64,000 nucleotides of DNA from Octopus bimaculoides (GCF_001194135.2 NC_068984.1:129052189-129116188); one strand, 5' to 3'. Shown: positions 1 to 14,196, counted from the first letter of the stretch. Notes: generated from the letters alone by a model not told the origin. Translations and numbers: made by a program.

Positions 1-210
1 AGACGAGCTAACAAAACTGTTAGCTCGCCGACCAATTCTTGGGATCATTTCTTTCGATTCATTAGGTTCTGAGTTCAAATTCCGGCGACATCGGCTTTGC
101 CTTTCACCGTTTCAGGGGTTGATAGAATAAGTACTAGTTGAGTACACTAGAGATGGTGTAATTGACTGCCTCCTTCCACTAAAATTACATTCCTTGTGCT
201 AAAATCCCAA
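1..210 (+). mobile_element. Family A SINE (diverged)
   Basis: CTGAGTTCAAATTCC...GCTTTGCCTTTCA...GATAGAATAAGTAC core. Confidence 0.7.
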
Positions 211-2680
211 AATATGGGACGGAAGGCATTTGACAAAGACGTTTCAGTATGGGATTAAATGCTTTGTTGTAATTAGTGTTTGAGTAGGTTTAACTTCTAA
301 GTTCGAATCCCACTAAGAAGCAGGATAGCCACAGGTTAAAACCCTTTCTTTATCATTGGCCTTTTTGATTAAAGATAGGCAGGTCAACAACACCTTGTCA
401 GGAGGCTTGTACACTGTTGCTAATTCTACTACAAATAGCAACCAAATTACTTCTGCAAATTACATCCTATCATCTATAAAAAAGAGAGGATATATTAGAT
501 AATACTGCTAAGAAGTATCGTTCCTGCAAATAAAATGGATTGGTCAAGACTTGAATGCTTCTGAACATAAGTCTACTGGATCAGGATTGAGCTGGGGCAA
601 AGTAAAATTTTGTTTAGAAGAGTAGAATCCGGCATAGTATCAGTAGGAGAGAGAGAAAGTAGGGTGAGAAGGATATCCAGCGGCAAATAGTTGTCGTGTT
701 AGTAGATATTTTATAAGTCAACGGATAGCTTCTTTTAAAATGGCATCTAGGACTGTGTGAAGCAACAGCAGCACCATAGATATGTGAAGTATTACACTGG
801 GTGTTTGTATGTTTGTTTGTGTGTGTGTGTATGTCTGTGTGGAGAGAGAGAGGGGGGAATGCAGAAAGAAAGGTAAGAGAACATATGATTTGGAAAACTA
901 ATAACTTTTGTTATGCAAATATCTCCCACTATTTTTTCAGATGTTTAGTTAAAAATAAGCTTCAGCATAGTATATACCAAAATTTATAACAAAACAATAC
1001 AGAACGTTTGATCAAAAACAGCCAATGAGGTGTTACAAACACAAATTAGTAATAGCATTTGGCTGAAAGTAAAAGTCGTCTGCTTTACTAACATTCACTA
1101 ACAAAAGTCAAATGAATGACCTCATCGTGCTAGTAAAACAAAACACATGAGAGCGAAAGAGAGATAGAAAGAGGGAGAGAGGGTTTAACATACAATACTG
1201 CGTTCTTACACATGTAAGGTCACCAAGAGAGATTATCAGAGATAATGACCCTCACATACTGGAAGCTGGCATTATCATCGCATTCTTTTCCTTCTACATA
1301 GCACTAAAAATAGTGAATATAAAACACTTGTGTACACTCATCATCACGTACACAAGTATTAACAGCAACAGTCACGAATGCTTTCAGAAGCATATACACA
1401 GATACTCTTCGCACACATTTCCAATCCACGAAGTCGAAGATTTTAGTTCTGCAAAATAAATTTTAAGAAAATTATCAGTTTTAATGCGATAAACTTCCCG
1501 AGTTTGAATAAGTATTTCAAAACATCCAACTGAGACCCGTTTCAAAAGTGTTAACTTTGTATTTACTGTGTATTGTATTGACTATTCTTAATTGTGATTG
1601 GGTCTAAGATATACTTGTGTATCGAAGTGCAATATACACGTATTGAATGCACTCTATCTTATCTGAGCCAACGAATGACTGTTTGTGTGTTTGCTAAACT
1701 AACTAAAAATAGCAGCTAAATTTCTTTCAAATTACACTGTCTCTTAAAAAGGGAAGTATATATTAGAGGCACATTATACATAGAAAAAAAAAGCAAGAGA
1801 CAAAAAAACCTTTGCAGAAAAACTGGTTACGACTGGATTGAATGCCTTTGATTGTATGTTTTCTCAGTCGGACCGACGTGGGCTAAATGACAAGATCAAC
1901 ATCAACATACTATGTCTTATTCAAACGGATGGATTTTTCCATTGCATTATTGGGGAGGCACATTAGCAGCTCCTTTTAAGCTTTCAATGATTAAGGACGT
2001 CCATTTAATTGCAGCATTGAGGATTCTTTCAAACCTTTTATTTGTACGATTTTACCTGCTACTTCTAATTACTAATTCCTCCGCATCAAATGAGGAAGTT
2101 CCAACATGGTTACCAAACCTGCTGGAAATAACAGCTCAATATCAATGAAGTCATATCCTTTAAATTTTTGATGTTGTCAAATGCAGTCCTCGATACACAG
2201 TGATTGAAAACAAAGACGGAGTGGTCATGGACGGAATGCCGATGATTTTAGATCTTCTAGATGGATCAGGGATAGAGTCAGTTTAAACAACAACGAAAAC
2301 AACAAATGCTTCAACAAGGAAGCTTCTATGAGGTCGCTCAAAATTCTAGAAATAGCAACAAAGTCTCTCTCAAATTACAGCCTTCGAACTTTGAAAAGAA
2401 AAACAAAATGTGAAGTTTACGGCCAAAGGTCTTTCCGGTTAGGACCGAACGGAGAATAAACGATATCAACAACAGATACCACCGTGTAAATATTGATAGT
2501 AGCTGTAAGTTATTACTGACTCGCTGAAATTGATAAGCGATTTATTAAATTGTGGTGAAATTTAATCCCTCTTTTAGACCGAGATATGTTAATCTTGTAC
2601 TTAGTATCAGACTAGTGACCCACATTCGCCTTGAGCCATCGACAATCGGATTTGAGTCTGCATAGATTATACTATATTAC

Positions 2681-2982
2681 TGGCACTCCGTCGTTTACGA
2701 CGACGAGATGGTTCTAGCTGATCCGATCAACGGAGCCTGCTCGTGAAATTAACGTGCATGTGGCGGAGCATTCCAGAGACACGTGTACCCTTAACGTAGT
2801 TCTCCGGGAGATTCAGCGTGACACAGAATGTGATAAGGCCAGCCCTTTGAAATACAAGTACTACACATTTTTGCCAGCAACGTGAAATAAAGTGTCTTGC
2901 TTAAGGACGCAACACGTCGCCGGGAATTGAACTCACGACCTTGCGATCATGAGTCAAATATCATAACCACTAAGCCACGCAT
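2681..2982 (-). mobile_element. Family B SINE variant
   Basis: Shares the TGGCACTCCGTCG...GATCCGATCAAC...CCCTTTGAAATACA body, with an alternative tRNA-like head. Related copies at about 7656-7975 and 46299-46595. Confidence 0.8.
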
Positions 2983-3235
2983 TACAAACAGCGTAATGGA
3001 CATTTAATCACACAACATACAAAGACACAAGGTAGCCATCATATATGTTTGTATATGGTATAAGGTCATTACCCAGATGAGATTAAATAATATACATATA
3101 GGGGAGATTGTTTGTGTGTATATGCATTTGTGAGTATGACAGAGGGGGATTTATGTGTTTCTGATGGGATTCTAAAAGATTCGTACACGTAGCAGACAAC
3201 ACCAACATCTTCCAATGAAAGCATAACTGTAATAT

Positions 3236-3448
3236 TGCTTTCAAATTTCGGCACGCGGCCAACAGTTTCGTGGGATGGGGTAAGTCGTTTACATCGACCC
3301 CAGTGCTCTACTGGTACTTGTTTTATCGATGCCGAAAGGAGAAAAAGAAAAGTCGACCTCAGCGGAATTTGAACTCAGAACGTCAAGGCGGACGAAATAC
3401 CTCTAAGCATTTCTCCCGGCGCGCTAACGATTCTGCGAGCTCAGCGCT
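3236..3448 (-). mobile_element. Family A SINE
   Basis: Reverse complement of the family A core, with GCGGAATTTGAACTCAGAACG. Confidence 0.8.
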
Positions 3449-3586
3449 TTACACGAAACTCTAATATTAAGAACATGAAGAAATCTAAAACAATTTCTCA
3501 TAAAAAAACAAGTCAAGAAATTTTACATCGTAGAAAAATACAAACAAGTCAACATTAGGGAATATTGACAGAAACTATAATATAAA

Positions 3587-3833
3587 ACAAGAGCAATCAG
3601 AGGGTGCAAACCTCCGCCAAGGCAACACCAACGTCCTCTCAACGATTAGCCGGAAATGATATTTTAAATGAGAATATCTAAAATAAACTCGACTGTTCTC
3701 ACAAACGAGAATACTAAAAAAAAAAACGGAAAAATAATCCAGAATCCTTGTCCGGTACTAGATCGATCCCAAAATCTAATCAGTTCGTGCCAGTCACGAG
3801 GCCAAACATTCCTGGAAGTTTCATCCGAATCTA
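3587..3833 (-). mobile_element. Second copy (3' half) of the HINE-like element, cut by a gap
   Basis: Reverse-complement match to parts of 39790-40222, including GTTGCCTTGGCGGAGGTTTGC. Confidence 0.75.
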
Positions 3834-4537
3834 NNNNNNNNNNNNNNNNNNNNNNNNNNNNNNNNNNNNNNNNNNNNNNNNNNNNNNNNNNNNNNNNNNN
3901 NNNNNNNNNNNNNNNNNNNNNNNNNNNNNNNNNNNNNNNNNNNNNNNNNNNNNNNNNNNNNNNNNNNNNNNNNNNNNNNNNNNNNNNNNNNNNNNNNNNN
4001 NNNNNNNNNNNNNNNNNNNNNNNNNNNNNNNNNNNNNNNNNNNNNNNNNNNNNNNNNNNNNNNNNNNNNNNNNNNNNNNNNNNNNNNNNNNNNNNNNNNN
4101 NNNNNNNNNNNNNNNNNNNNNNNNNNNNNNNNNNNNNNNNNNNNNNNNNNNNNNNNNNNNNNNNNNNNNNNNNNNNNNNNNNNNNNNNNNNNNNNNNNNN
4201 NNNNNNNNNNNNNNNNNNNNNNNNNNNNNNNNNNNNNNNNNNNNNNNNNNNNNNNNNNNNNNNNNNNNNNNNNNNNNNNNNNNNNNNNNNNNNNNNNNNN
4301 NNNNNNNNNNNNNNNNNNNNNNNNNNNNNNNNNNNNNNNNNNNNNNNNNNNNNNNNNNNNNNNNNNNNNNNNNNNNNNNNNNNNNNNNNNNNNNNNNNNN
4401 NNNNNNNNNNNNNNNNNNNNNNNNNNNNNNNNNNNNNNNNNNNNNNNNNNNNNNNNNNNNNNNNNNNNNNNNNNNNNNNNNNNNNNNNNNNNNNNNNNNN
4501 NNNNNNNNNNNNNNNNNNNNNNNNNNNNNNNNNNNNN

Positions 4538-4867
4538 CGATTCCCAGACCGGGCGTTGTGAGTGTTTATTGAGCAAAATCACCTAAAGCTCCACGAGGCT
4601 CCGGCAGGGGATGGTGGCGAACCCAGCTGTACTCTTTCACCACAACTTTCTCTCACTCTTACTTCCTGTTTCCGTTGTTCCTGTAATTCAAAGGGTCAGC
4701 CTTGTCACACTGTGTCACGCTGAATATCCCCGAGAACTACGTTAAGGGTACACGTGTCTGTGGAGTGCTCAGCCACTTGCACGTTAATTTCACGAGCAGG
4801 CTGTTCTGTTGATCGGATCAACTGGAACCCTCGACGTCGTAAGCGATGGAGTGCCAACAACAACAAC
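4538..4867 (+). mobile_element. tRNA-derived SINE family B (head lost in gap), (AAC)n tail
   Basis: CGATTCCCAGACCGGGCGTTGTGAGTG...GTTGATCGGATCAAC...GGAGTGCCAACAACAAC. The tRNA-like head is visible in the 29560-29899 copy. Confidence 0.85.
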
Positions 4868-5304
4868 GTTCTGAGTTATAATTCCGTCGAGCTTATCCTT
4901 TCAAGGTCCACAAAATATCTGTCAGTCACGCTCTGGAGATGGGATGGTTAATATAATCGACTAAGCTCATCCCTCAAAATTTCAGACTTCGTGCCTGTTG
5001 TGAAAAGAATTATACTGCCAGGAAAACTCTACATTTTGTCAAAATATCTGCCACCATAAAAAAGAGAGCCTACTGGTTCATTAGAAATCAGCATGGGATC
5101 GTTCAACAGCAGTTTGAATATCCCACATACCTTTCACTCAAGAATAATTCATAGCCACATATACAAGCCTTTATTGAAACGACAGGTAAGATTTTTTTAC
5201 AATGCCGATGGTATTATATTATACAAATTTATTTTTAAATTAATCAGTTCTTTATTTACATTATTTACAATTGACGAATATTTGCCCCCATCTTGTTTGT
5301 TGTT

Positions 5305-5350
5305 AACACAACGTTTCAGCTGATATACTCTCGAGCCTTCATCGGGTGTC
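5305..5350 (-). ncRNA. Minimal type I hammerhead ribozyme motif (Penelope-type), U4C variant
   Basis: Minus strand GACAC-CCGAUGA-A-GGCU(cgagaguauauc)AGCU-GAAA-CG-UU-GUGUU. Stem I GACAC/GUGUU, stem II GGCU/AGCU, palindromic AACGUU stem III, NUH cleavage triplet GUU. Confidence 0.7.
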
Positions 5351-5641
5351 TTGGGGAAATTTCGAACCTGGGTTCTCATTCCTAAGGTATTTTTCGATGT
5401 TGTTGTTGTTATTATTATTATTATTATTATTATTTAGTAGCCCGGGCTCTAAACCACTACGCCATATGCCCACGGGCATATGCTTAGCGGTTCAGCAAAA
5501 GAGCCGATAAAATATGTACTAGGCTTAAAACAATATGTCCTGGAGTCAATATGTCCTGGAGTGCTCCAGCATGGCCGCAGTCAAATGACTGAAACAAGTA
5601 AAAGAATAACAGAATATATATATATATACACACATATATAC

Positions 5642-5672
<31 letters not shown>

Positions 5673-6470
5673 TGTGTCTGACCAGTAAACCGACGTCCAA
5701 ATTAGTGTATAGTTTATATATATAACATATTTCTAAACCTGGACAGAAAATATTGACTCTAGTTCCAAAGCTGCCAGTTTATTAATGAAAATAACGAAGT
5801 AAAGCAGAAACGAAAAAAAATAATACCTACAAATGTTGGCCTTGACTTCGTTTCTCAACACACTTCTGTTAAAGAAATCTAACGCAATACTACATAATCA
5901 ATAAGGTCACTGGGTTAATCCTCATAACGTAACGCTACTTCTTCAATATAGGAAAAATGTATTGCAAAGAAATATTGAAACTACCAAGCTGGCAGCTATC
6001 ATTCGCTTTTATGAATATTTTTAGAGACGTCATTAAACACGTTGTATCAAATATTATAGTATAGATACACGTCTCTTACATTTCATTAAAATTAAATGTC
6101 TACAACATACGGTATANNNNNNNNNNNNNNNNNNNNNNNNNNNNNNNNNNNNNNNNNNNNNNNNNNNNNNNNNNNNNNNNNNNNNNNNNNNNNNNNNNNN
6201 NNNNNNNNNNNNNNNNNNNNNNNNNNNNNNNNNNNNNNNNNNNNNNNNNNNNNNNNNNNNNNNNNNNNNNNNNNNNNNNNNNNNNNNNNNNNNNNNNNNN
6301 NNNNNNNNNNNNNNNNNNNNNNNNNNNNNNNNNNNNNNNNNNNNNNNNNNNNNNNNNNNNNNNNNNNNNNNNNNNNNNNNNNNNNNNNNNNNNNNNNNNN
6401 NNNNNNNNNNNNNNNNNNNNNNNNNNNNNNNNNNNNNNNNNNNNNNNNNNNNNNNNNNNNNNNNNNNNNN

Positions 6471-6779
6471 GTGAGTGTTTATTGAGCGAAATCACCTAAA
6501 GCTCCACGAGGCTCCGGCAGGGGATGGTGGCGAACCCTGCTGTACTCTTTCACCACAACTTTCTCTCACTCTTACTTCCTGTTTCTGTTGTGCCTGTAAT
6601 TCAAAGGGCCAGCCTTGTCACTCTGTGTCACGCTGAATATCCCCGAGAACTACGTTAAGGGTACACGTGTCTGTGGAGTGCTCAGCCACTTGCACGTTAA
6701 TTTCACGAGCAGGCTGTTCCGTTGATCGAATCCACTGGAACCCTCGTCGTCGTAAGCGACGGAGTGCCAACAACAACAA
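6471..6779 (+). mobile_element. Family B SINE
   Basis: Near-identical to 4559-4867. Confidence 0.85.
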
Positions 6780-9700
6780 TCCCGATCAAGCAAATCAAAC
6801 GTATTCAGACACACACACGCACTCACACACACAGTCCCGTTTCGTTTCTGTTAGAAGATTTATTAAGAAGTACATTTAACGTGTCTTTGACTTTTAAGAT
6901 GATAAGGTGCAGTTTGAGAGATGTGGTGCATTTCTGCTCTGCCGTTTTATTTAATGCTAACATATTTAACATCAGACATTTTATTCTCTCTACCCTACCC
7001 CTCCCCATTTGCATCTATGATCATACTTCGTTTTATATGTATGGGGAGAAGCAAAGTATTTATTTCAATCGTGGTCAATAAATAAGTAAGTTGAATATCC
7101 AGTCAGACATGTGAAATTGTCAGCGTTCAAACTACCACGCCCAGTCGTTTAACTCCGAGGTGATACAGAGCTGTTGAATTAAATAGGCTGGACAACATAG
7201 TAGAGCTTTTCTGCTATCTAGTAATTTATAGTTATTATTAATTTTGCTGTTAAGCTTCAGGTCTTCATCGGCTTCTGGAGAACTTTGACCCAAATCGTTC
7301 TTATTGTTTTATTACCCACACCGAGCTAAACATAAAAGGGACAAATAAGGACAGACAAAGTGATTAAGTTGATTAGATCGACCCCAGTGCGCAACAAGTA
7401 TTGCATTCATAGCAGTAGAGTATGCGGCTTGAAAGAGGAATATAGCAGTTAATGTGTTCCAGGCCAATACCGGCTACATTTTAAACAGAACTTTAATGGT
7501 ATGGAGCTCACCTTTCTCGTAGGGCCTGCAAAGATCATGGACAATACTCTTTCTTCTGGACTCAGCTAACAAAACGCCAAGCGACTGCGTAAGGGATTTC
7601 TCAGATATTGTGATGTATTGTTACAGGAATATTCTTTTATATGATATATATATACTGACACTCCGTCGGTTACGACAACGAGTGTACTAGTTGATCAGAT
7701 CAACAGAATAGCCTGCTCGGGAAATAAACGTGCAAGTAGTTGAGCACTCCACAAACACGTGTACACTTAACGTAATTTTCAAGGAGACTTAAAGCGACAC
7801 AGAATATGACAAGGTTGGCCCTTTGAAATACAGGTACTACTCATTTTTTGCCAGTAGAGTGCACTGGAGCGATATGAAATAAAAGAGTCTTGCACAAGGA
7901 CACAACGCGCCGCCGAGAATCGAACTTATAGCCTTAAGATAGTGAGCCAAATACCCTAACCACTAACCCACTCGCTTTCATGTACAAAGACACGCCAAAA
8001 TTTTCCAATATTTTATATGTGTGCGTATGTGAGTGCAAGTGTATGTATGTATGTATGTGTGCGCGTGCACACGGGTGTGTTTGTTATTTTCAAGTTGTCA
8101 TTAAGTTTCAATATAAAATATCTATTATTTTTCAACCAGGCATTAAATTTCAATACTGAACTGTTTTGATTAAAAGACGGTAAAGCTTAAAGATCAACGC
8201 TGCTCCTTGAAATAGAAGAAATGTATTTGACAAGCTATTTCCTTGTCGTTTAAAATGGTAATTCTCTATAAACCAAGTGAAAGAAGATTGAGTCTATCGC
8301 TTATAGTGTTTAATTGAGTATTTAGGTGAAGAAGATTTTTAAACTTTCAGATAGATGATACATCTTTTTAAAAAGAAAATGTCGTTTCATATTAATGTTA
8401 ATATTCATTGTGGTTTGTTTCCAAATATCTTGGAAATTAGCAAAAAAAACAATAAACTATTTGATAATTTTATTTTTGTACACCACATTACTGAACAGCA
8501 AAACAATTTTTATCTCCAAGACACATACATAAATAACTTTGTTTTTCCATCAACATTCTGCTTTTATGTGATATTTCTTTTGTTTTTGTTTACCAAGCAG
8601 ATTTTTTTTTATCTCCATTTAAATTACAATAGATATGTCAGTCAAACTTTCATGTCATACTATATCAGTTGTGTTTTGCACAGTTTGGCATTCGCAATTT
8701 TCCAACTATATTACAAAAAAAAAAAAAAACTTTTATCTTTTACTTTTTGCAGCCATTGTACTACCAGTCATGCTGGGGCACCACCTTGAATAATTTAGTC
8801 GAACAAATCGACTGCAGCATTTTTATTTTAAGTTTGGTAATTATTTTACCATTCTGTTCGCCGAACCGCTAAGTTAAGGAGGACGTAAACAAACTAACAC
8901 CCGTTGTCAAGCGTTGTCCTTTTTCATCAGGGTCGTGCAGATCGTCGTGCTATGTCCACTGCATGCATTCCTCTCTCATGTTTATCAATGATTTCCTTTT
9001 TCAATTTTATCGTTATCAGCTTTTTCTTCTCGGTACTGTCCTTTGCACTAATCTTCTTAGGACCCAAGGCTAACACAATTAATTATTATAAAATAATAGC
9101 GAAAACACACAAAACAAAAACAAAACACTGGGAAAAACACAATTGAGATGCTGCCACATGTAAACTGAGCAAGCGGAGGCTGCGTTTGTTGGGAGAGCGT
9201 GTGCGAGCTCAGCGCCAACTAGCGGTCACTTGTATGAAACTCGCTCTTACCGCTGATTTCCGCTCGTACTTCAAGACAAAAAATCGCACGAGCCTCGGCT
9301 CGTACACCAAATTACTCGGACTATGATGCACTCGTGCAGCGAGGTTCTCTACTGCATATATAACGCAACCAATTTTAAACACCAAATACACGTAGATGAG
9401 GGCCTTACAATTGCCCATGGTTGCATGTGTTGTTCACACATATGATGCGGAATATGAACGTAAATAAATTAATTAAAAAGTCTCTATCTGATCTGATATA
9501 AACGAAATTGTTACAAACACACATATGGACGCACATACTTACATATAAGCACGAACACATAAGTGCGTGCACACATATGAGCGTGCACACATACGAGCTT
9601 GCACACATTCACATGCTCATACCAAACAGTTTCGAAACAACGCCAAAACAACGCCAGATCATACATTCAAAATAAATGGAAGTGGAGAGACAAGTTACTG

Positions 9701-10048
9701 AAGAGATTGCAAGAGTGCAATGAAATAATTTAACAAAAAACTATATAAATTAATAAAGGACTGAACCAGTGCGTGTGTTTATNNNNNNNNNNNNNNNNNN
9801 NNNNNNNNNNNNNNNNNNNNNNNNNNNNNNNNNNNNNNNNNNNNNNNNNNNNNNNNNNNNNNNNNNNNNNNNNNNNNNNNNNNNNNNNNNNNNNNNNNNN
9901 NNNNNNNNNNNNNNNNNNNNNNNNNNNNNNNNNNNNNNNNNNNNNNNNNNNNNNNNNNNNNNNNNNNNNNNNNNNNNNNNNNNNNNNNNNNNNNNNNNNN
10001 NNNNNNNNNNNNNNNNNNNNNNNNNNNNNNNNNNNNNNNNNNNNNNNN

Positions 10049-10111
<63 letters not shown>

Positions 10112-10296
10112 ATATAAAGTGTTTTGGTGCCTTCCACTAGAGACCCTGGACGACAAAATCCTTGTGGGTGAACTTGGTAGACACAATTTGCGACACAGGT
10201 GCACGTAACATACACTTTTGAAAAGCAAGTGTGAAATCGGTAAAGTGTATGCACGTATGCATGTATGTATGTATGTATGTATGTATGTATGCATGC

Positions 10297-10361
<65 letters not shown>

Positions 10362-10404
10362 NNNNNNNNNNTCTGTCTGTCTGTCTATTTGTCTGTCTAT
10401 CTGC

Positions 10405-10436
<32 letters not shown>

Positions 10437-11601
10437 TTATCTATTTATCTACTTCTCTACCTGTCTACATACATACATACCCCTCACACGCACACACACG
10501 CATATATATATATATATATATATATGAAGAAAGAGAGAAAAAGACAGAGAATAATTAGATTTTCATCACCTCACAAAACAGAAACAAAAAAATACAGGGA
10601 AAAGATATAAAAAGCCAGCAGTACGTAGAGTCATTTAGCTTCGGAAACAGAGAAGCGTAAAACAAAGATATCCGATGTTGATCAAGATGGTCAATTTATT
10701 TTTTCATACATTATTAATTTAATCAGGACAGATGACAGATAGCGAACACAAGTCATGAAAAATATATTGTTTAATAGAATATATATTGTATAATAAAACT
10801 TTCAGTGAAACACAGCTTAAGCATGATAACACACAGCAACCAATAAAAGATATGAAATAATTAGATGGCAAAAATATACCAGTTCATATTTCAGAAAAGT
10901 TTTTATGCAGGCAATTATTACTTTATGTTATAGTTCAAATGTTTAATCAAAATTGTCGTTCTTATCTTTTATCTTTTTTTTACCACTTTCAGTCATTGGA
11001 GTGTGACCGTGCTGGGGCTTTACCTTGAAGGTTTTCGTCGAACAAGTCGATTCTAGTACTCATTTTAAAGTCTGGTGCTTATCCTATCGTTCTCTTTTGC
11101 CGAACCGCAATGGTTCGTTAAGGGGGTGAGATCAATCCAACACCAGTTGTTAAGCAGTGTGTGTGTGTGTGTGTATAATGCCACGGGCTTCCAGCACAGT
11201 TTCCGTCCACCGCATTCACTCACAAGGTACTTGTTGGCCCGGTACTGTAGTAGAAAACATTTACCCAAAGCGCCACGCATTGGGACTGAACCCAAAACCA
11301 TGTGGTTGAAAAGCAAGCTTCTTAAATACAGTAATGCCTGCGTAAATTTTTTCATAAATGCTTTTAAAAAAAATCTTGACAATTGTTTTTATGGATAAAG
11401 GAAACTTTCTCACAGTGTACGGAAGCATGGTATGTTGATTGTATATTATATAAAATAATGTATAAGTATTTGCAACAGGTTTGTCCTAATGTGTGTACGT
11501 TCGAATGCTTATGGCGAATCAAGACATCGTGTGACGGAGAGTAATAAAATTAAGCAAAACAAAATTTCTCTTGTATATCTGCGAGAATATTTTCTTATTA
11601 G

Positions 11602-12018
11602 AAGGCGTCGAGCTGGCAGAATCGTTAGCACGCCGGGCGAAATGCTTAGCGGTATTCCGCTGCCGTTACGTTCTGAGTTCAAATTCTGCCGAAGTCGACA
11701 TTGCCTTTTATCCTTTCTGGGTCGATAAATTAAGTACCAGTTACGCACTGGAGTCGATGAAATCGTCTTAATTCCTTTGTCTGTCCTTGTTTGTCCCCTC
11801 TATGTTTAGCCCCTTGTGGGCAATAAAGAAATAAGAAATGTTAGCACGCCGGACGAAATGCTTAGCAGTATTTCGTCTGTCTTTACTTTCTGAGTTCAAA
11901 ATTCCGTCGAGGTCAACTTTGCCACAAATCCTTTCGGGCTCGATAAATTAAGTACCAGTTGCGTACTGGGGTAGATCTAATCGACAGGCTCCCTCCCCAA
12001 AAAGAGTAGAAAAGAATA
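11602..12018 (+). mobile_element. Family A SINE dimer
   Basis: A complete unit ending GGGCAATAAAGAAATAAGAA is fused to a second unit starting ATGTTAGCACGCC. Confidence 0.85.
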
Positions 12019-13343
12019 TTTTCTTATTGTGTGTGTTTCTATGGAGGAAAGCTTCTTTTAGTGTATAAAAGCAGTTTATTTTAAGTTTATGCTTTTGAAA
12101 GTTTATACTGGTTTTCGAAAGTGCGTTCTTTTCGTTATATGTATGACTATACGTATAGAAAAGCATATCATAATGTATAAAGACATGAAATCTTCATCAA
12201 GGCTTAGGTATGAATGTGGAGTTAAGAAGTTCGTTTCACAACCACACAATTTCATTCTCAATCCCAACGCGTGACACCTTCGGAAGGCGTCTTCTACTAT
12301 AGTCCTGAATTGGCTCATAATCTGTAAATGAATTTCGCAGACGAAACTTGTGTATCCTAGTGAGTAATTTACCAACCTGAAAGGAAGAAAGTGTAGTCGA
12401 CCGCTACCGGATTTATCTCAGAGAGCTAAATGAAAAAAGAAACTAACTTTCATACAACTCTTCGTCTGCCGCAAGACGAACACAACATACTCATTTAGCC
12501 TAATATCGATTTCTAACTTATGCATAAGATGATAAATTTGGGATAGAAAGTACTTGAATATATCGGTCCGAGAAGTTGAGTGGAATTTTAATTTTATCGA
12601 GCCTAGAAGGAAAAGACGATATTCACAGGATTTGAATTCAGAATGTGAAAAACAGAAACAAAAACTGCTGAAGCAATTACTGATGCTTTAACGTATCTGT
12701 CACTCTACCGATCTCACTTCGTTTAGTATTAAATAATATTAAGCTACTATTTTTAACCACAATGAAAGATTTATATATCTACCGTGAATTTATTGTGCAA
12801 ATCGTACCTGTGATAACGTATTGGGAAAAAGTAATCTTCTTCGTCGTTTAATATAATAAACCCATGTTCCATCAACTTTATAATAGTTGCCCACTTTTAT
12901 CGCTTTTATCGCTTAATATTGGCTGTTTATCATTTTCATCATTGCCTATATATTACAAATGGAATTCCCTGGTTGTAGATATGTTTGTATCACATTGGAT
13001 AATTTTTATATAAAGTATAGAATGAATTAATGAAAATTTACGGCCATAATGTTTGATATTGTTCTAGCGCAGAAAGGAAAATAGGTTTCATTTGTTTTAG
13101 AAATGTTTCACAATGGATTGCACAAAAGTTGTGCTTGATTTATAACCACTGTGGTTTTATGGACACATAAAGAAGATATTAATGTGACATAAAAATATGT
13201 TTTTTTAATGTTTCCTATTTAGCAGTATATCTTGATTGTTTCAACGATAGGGAATTACGAATACTCATTCGTTCATAATATACAAATTTCGTCAACGATT
13301 TTCTTTCTACTGCAGTAAATTAAATCTGTCATGAAACCACCAT

Positions 13344-13388
<45 letters not shown>

Positions 13389-13863
13389 CTACATGTGTAA
13401 ATCTGTATGCGTTAATTGATGGAAATTGACGGAAGTCGTATGTCTAAAGTAGTTTACACCAAGTCTTGAAATGCTTAGCTCACGAAAGTAGCATCATACC
13501 TTCAAGGCAGCTGCTTGCTAGAATTTTTTTATTTCATTATTCTATAAATCATACATCTTACAATCAAGGTTTTCTTTCATTACACTTTCTTTTTTTTTAT
13601 TAACCTCCAGTCATGTGAATCACAAGCAATTGATTCGGTGTAGCTCTGTTATGCTTCTAAATTCTAGGTCATTCTTCTCTGGGAAGCGATACAAGAATGA
13701 CTTCAATCAATAATATGCTTTTTATATCTAATGCAATGTTTGGTATCTTGCTCCTTTCTACTCCTTTGTATGAGTGGAGGCAAAAATAGTCTGAGCTTCG
13801 AATCTTACCAGAGTCGTCGTACTAAGATCAATATAAATATAGGTTAAATCTATCATCATCATT

Positions 13864-13934
<71 letters not shown>

Positions 13935-13935
<1 letters not shown>

Positions 13936-14196
13936 GTTCAGTAGTTTTATTTTTATAACGTGCTTTCACTTCACTACCGAGCGCAGCTCTGTGCGCCTTG
14001 GGTATGTGCTGTGGTTTGCTGTGGTGCTCTTATGTTTACTGTATTGAAAGTGTTTTGCGTAGAATGTGTGCAGTACCCAGTAGTGCAATTTTCTGTATGT
14101 TATATATATTTGTAAGTCCTGGTATTTTCGTTATGTATTTGTCTGAATATTTTTTTATTATACCTAAGGCACCTACTATGATAGGAATTGTTTCTG

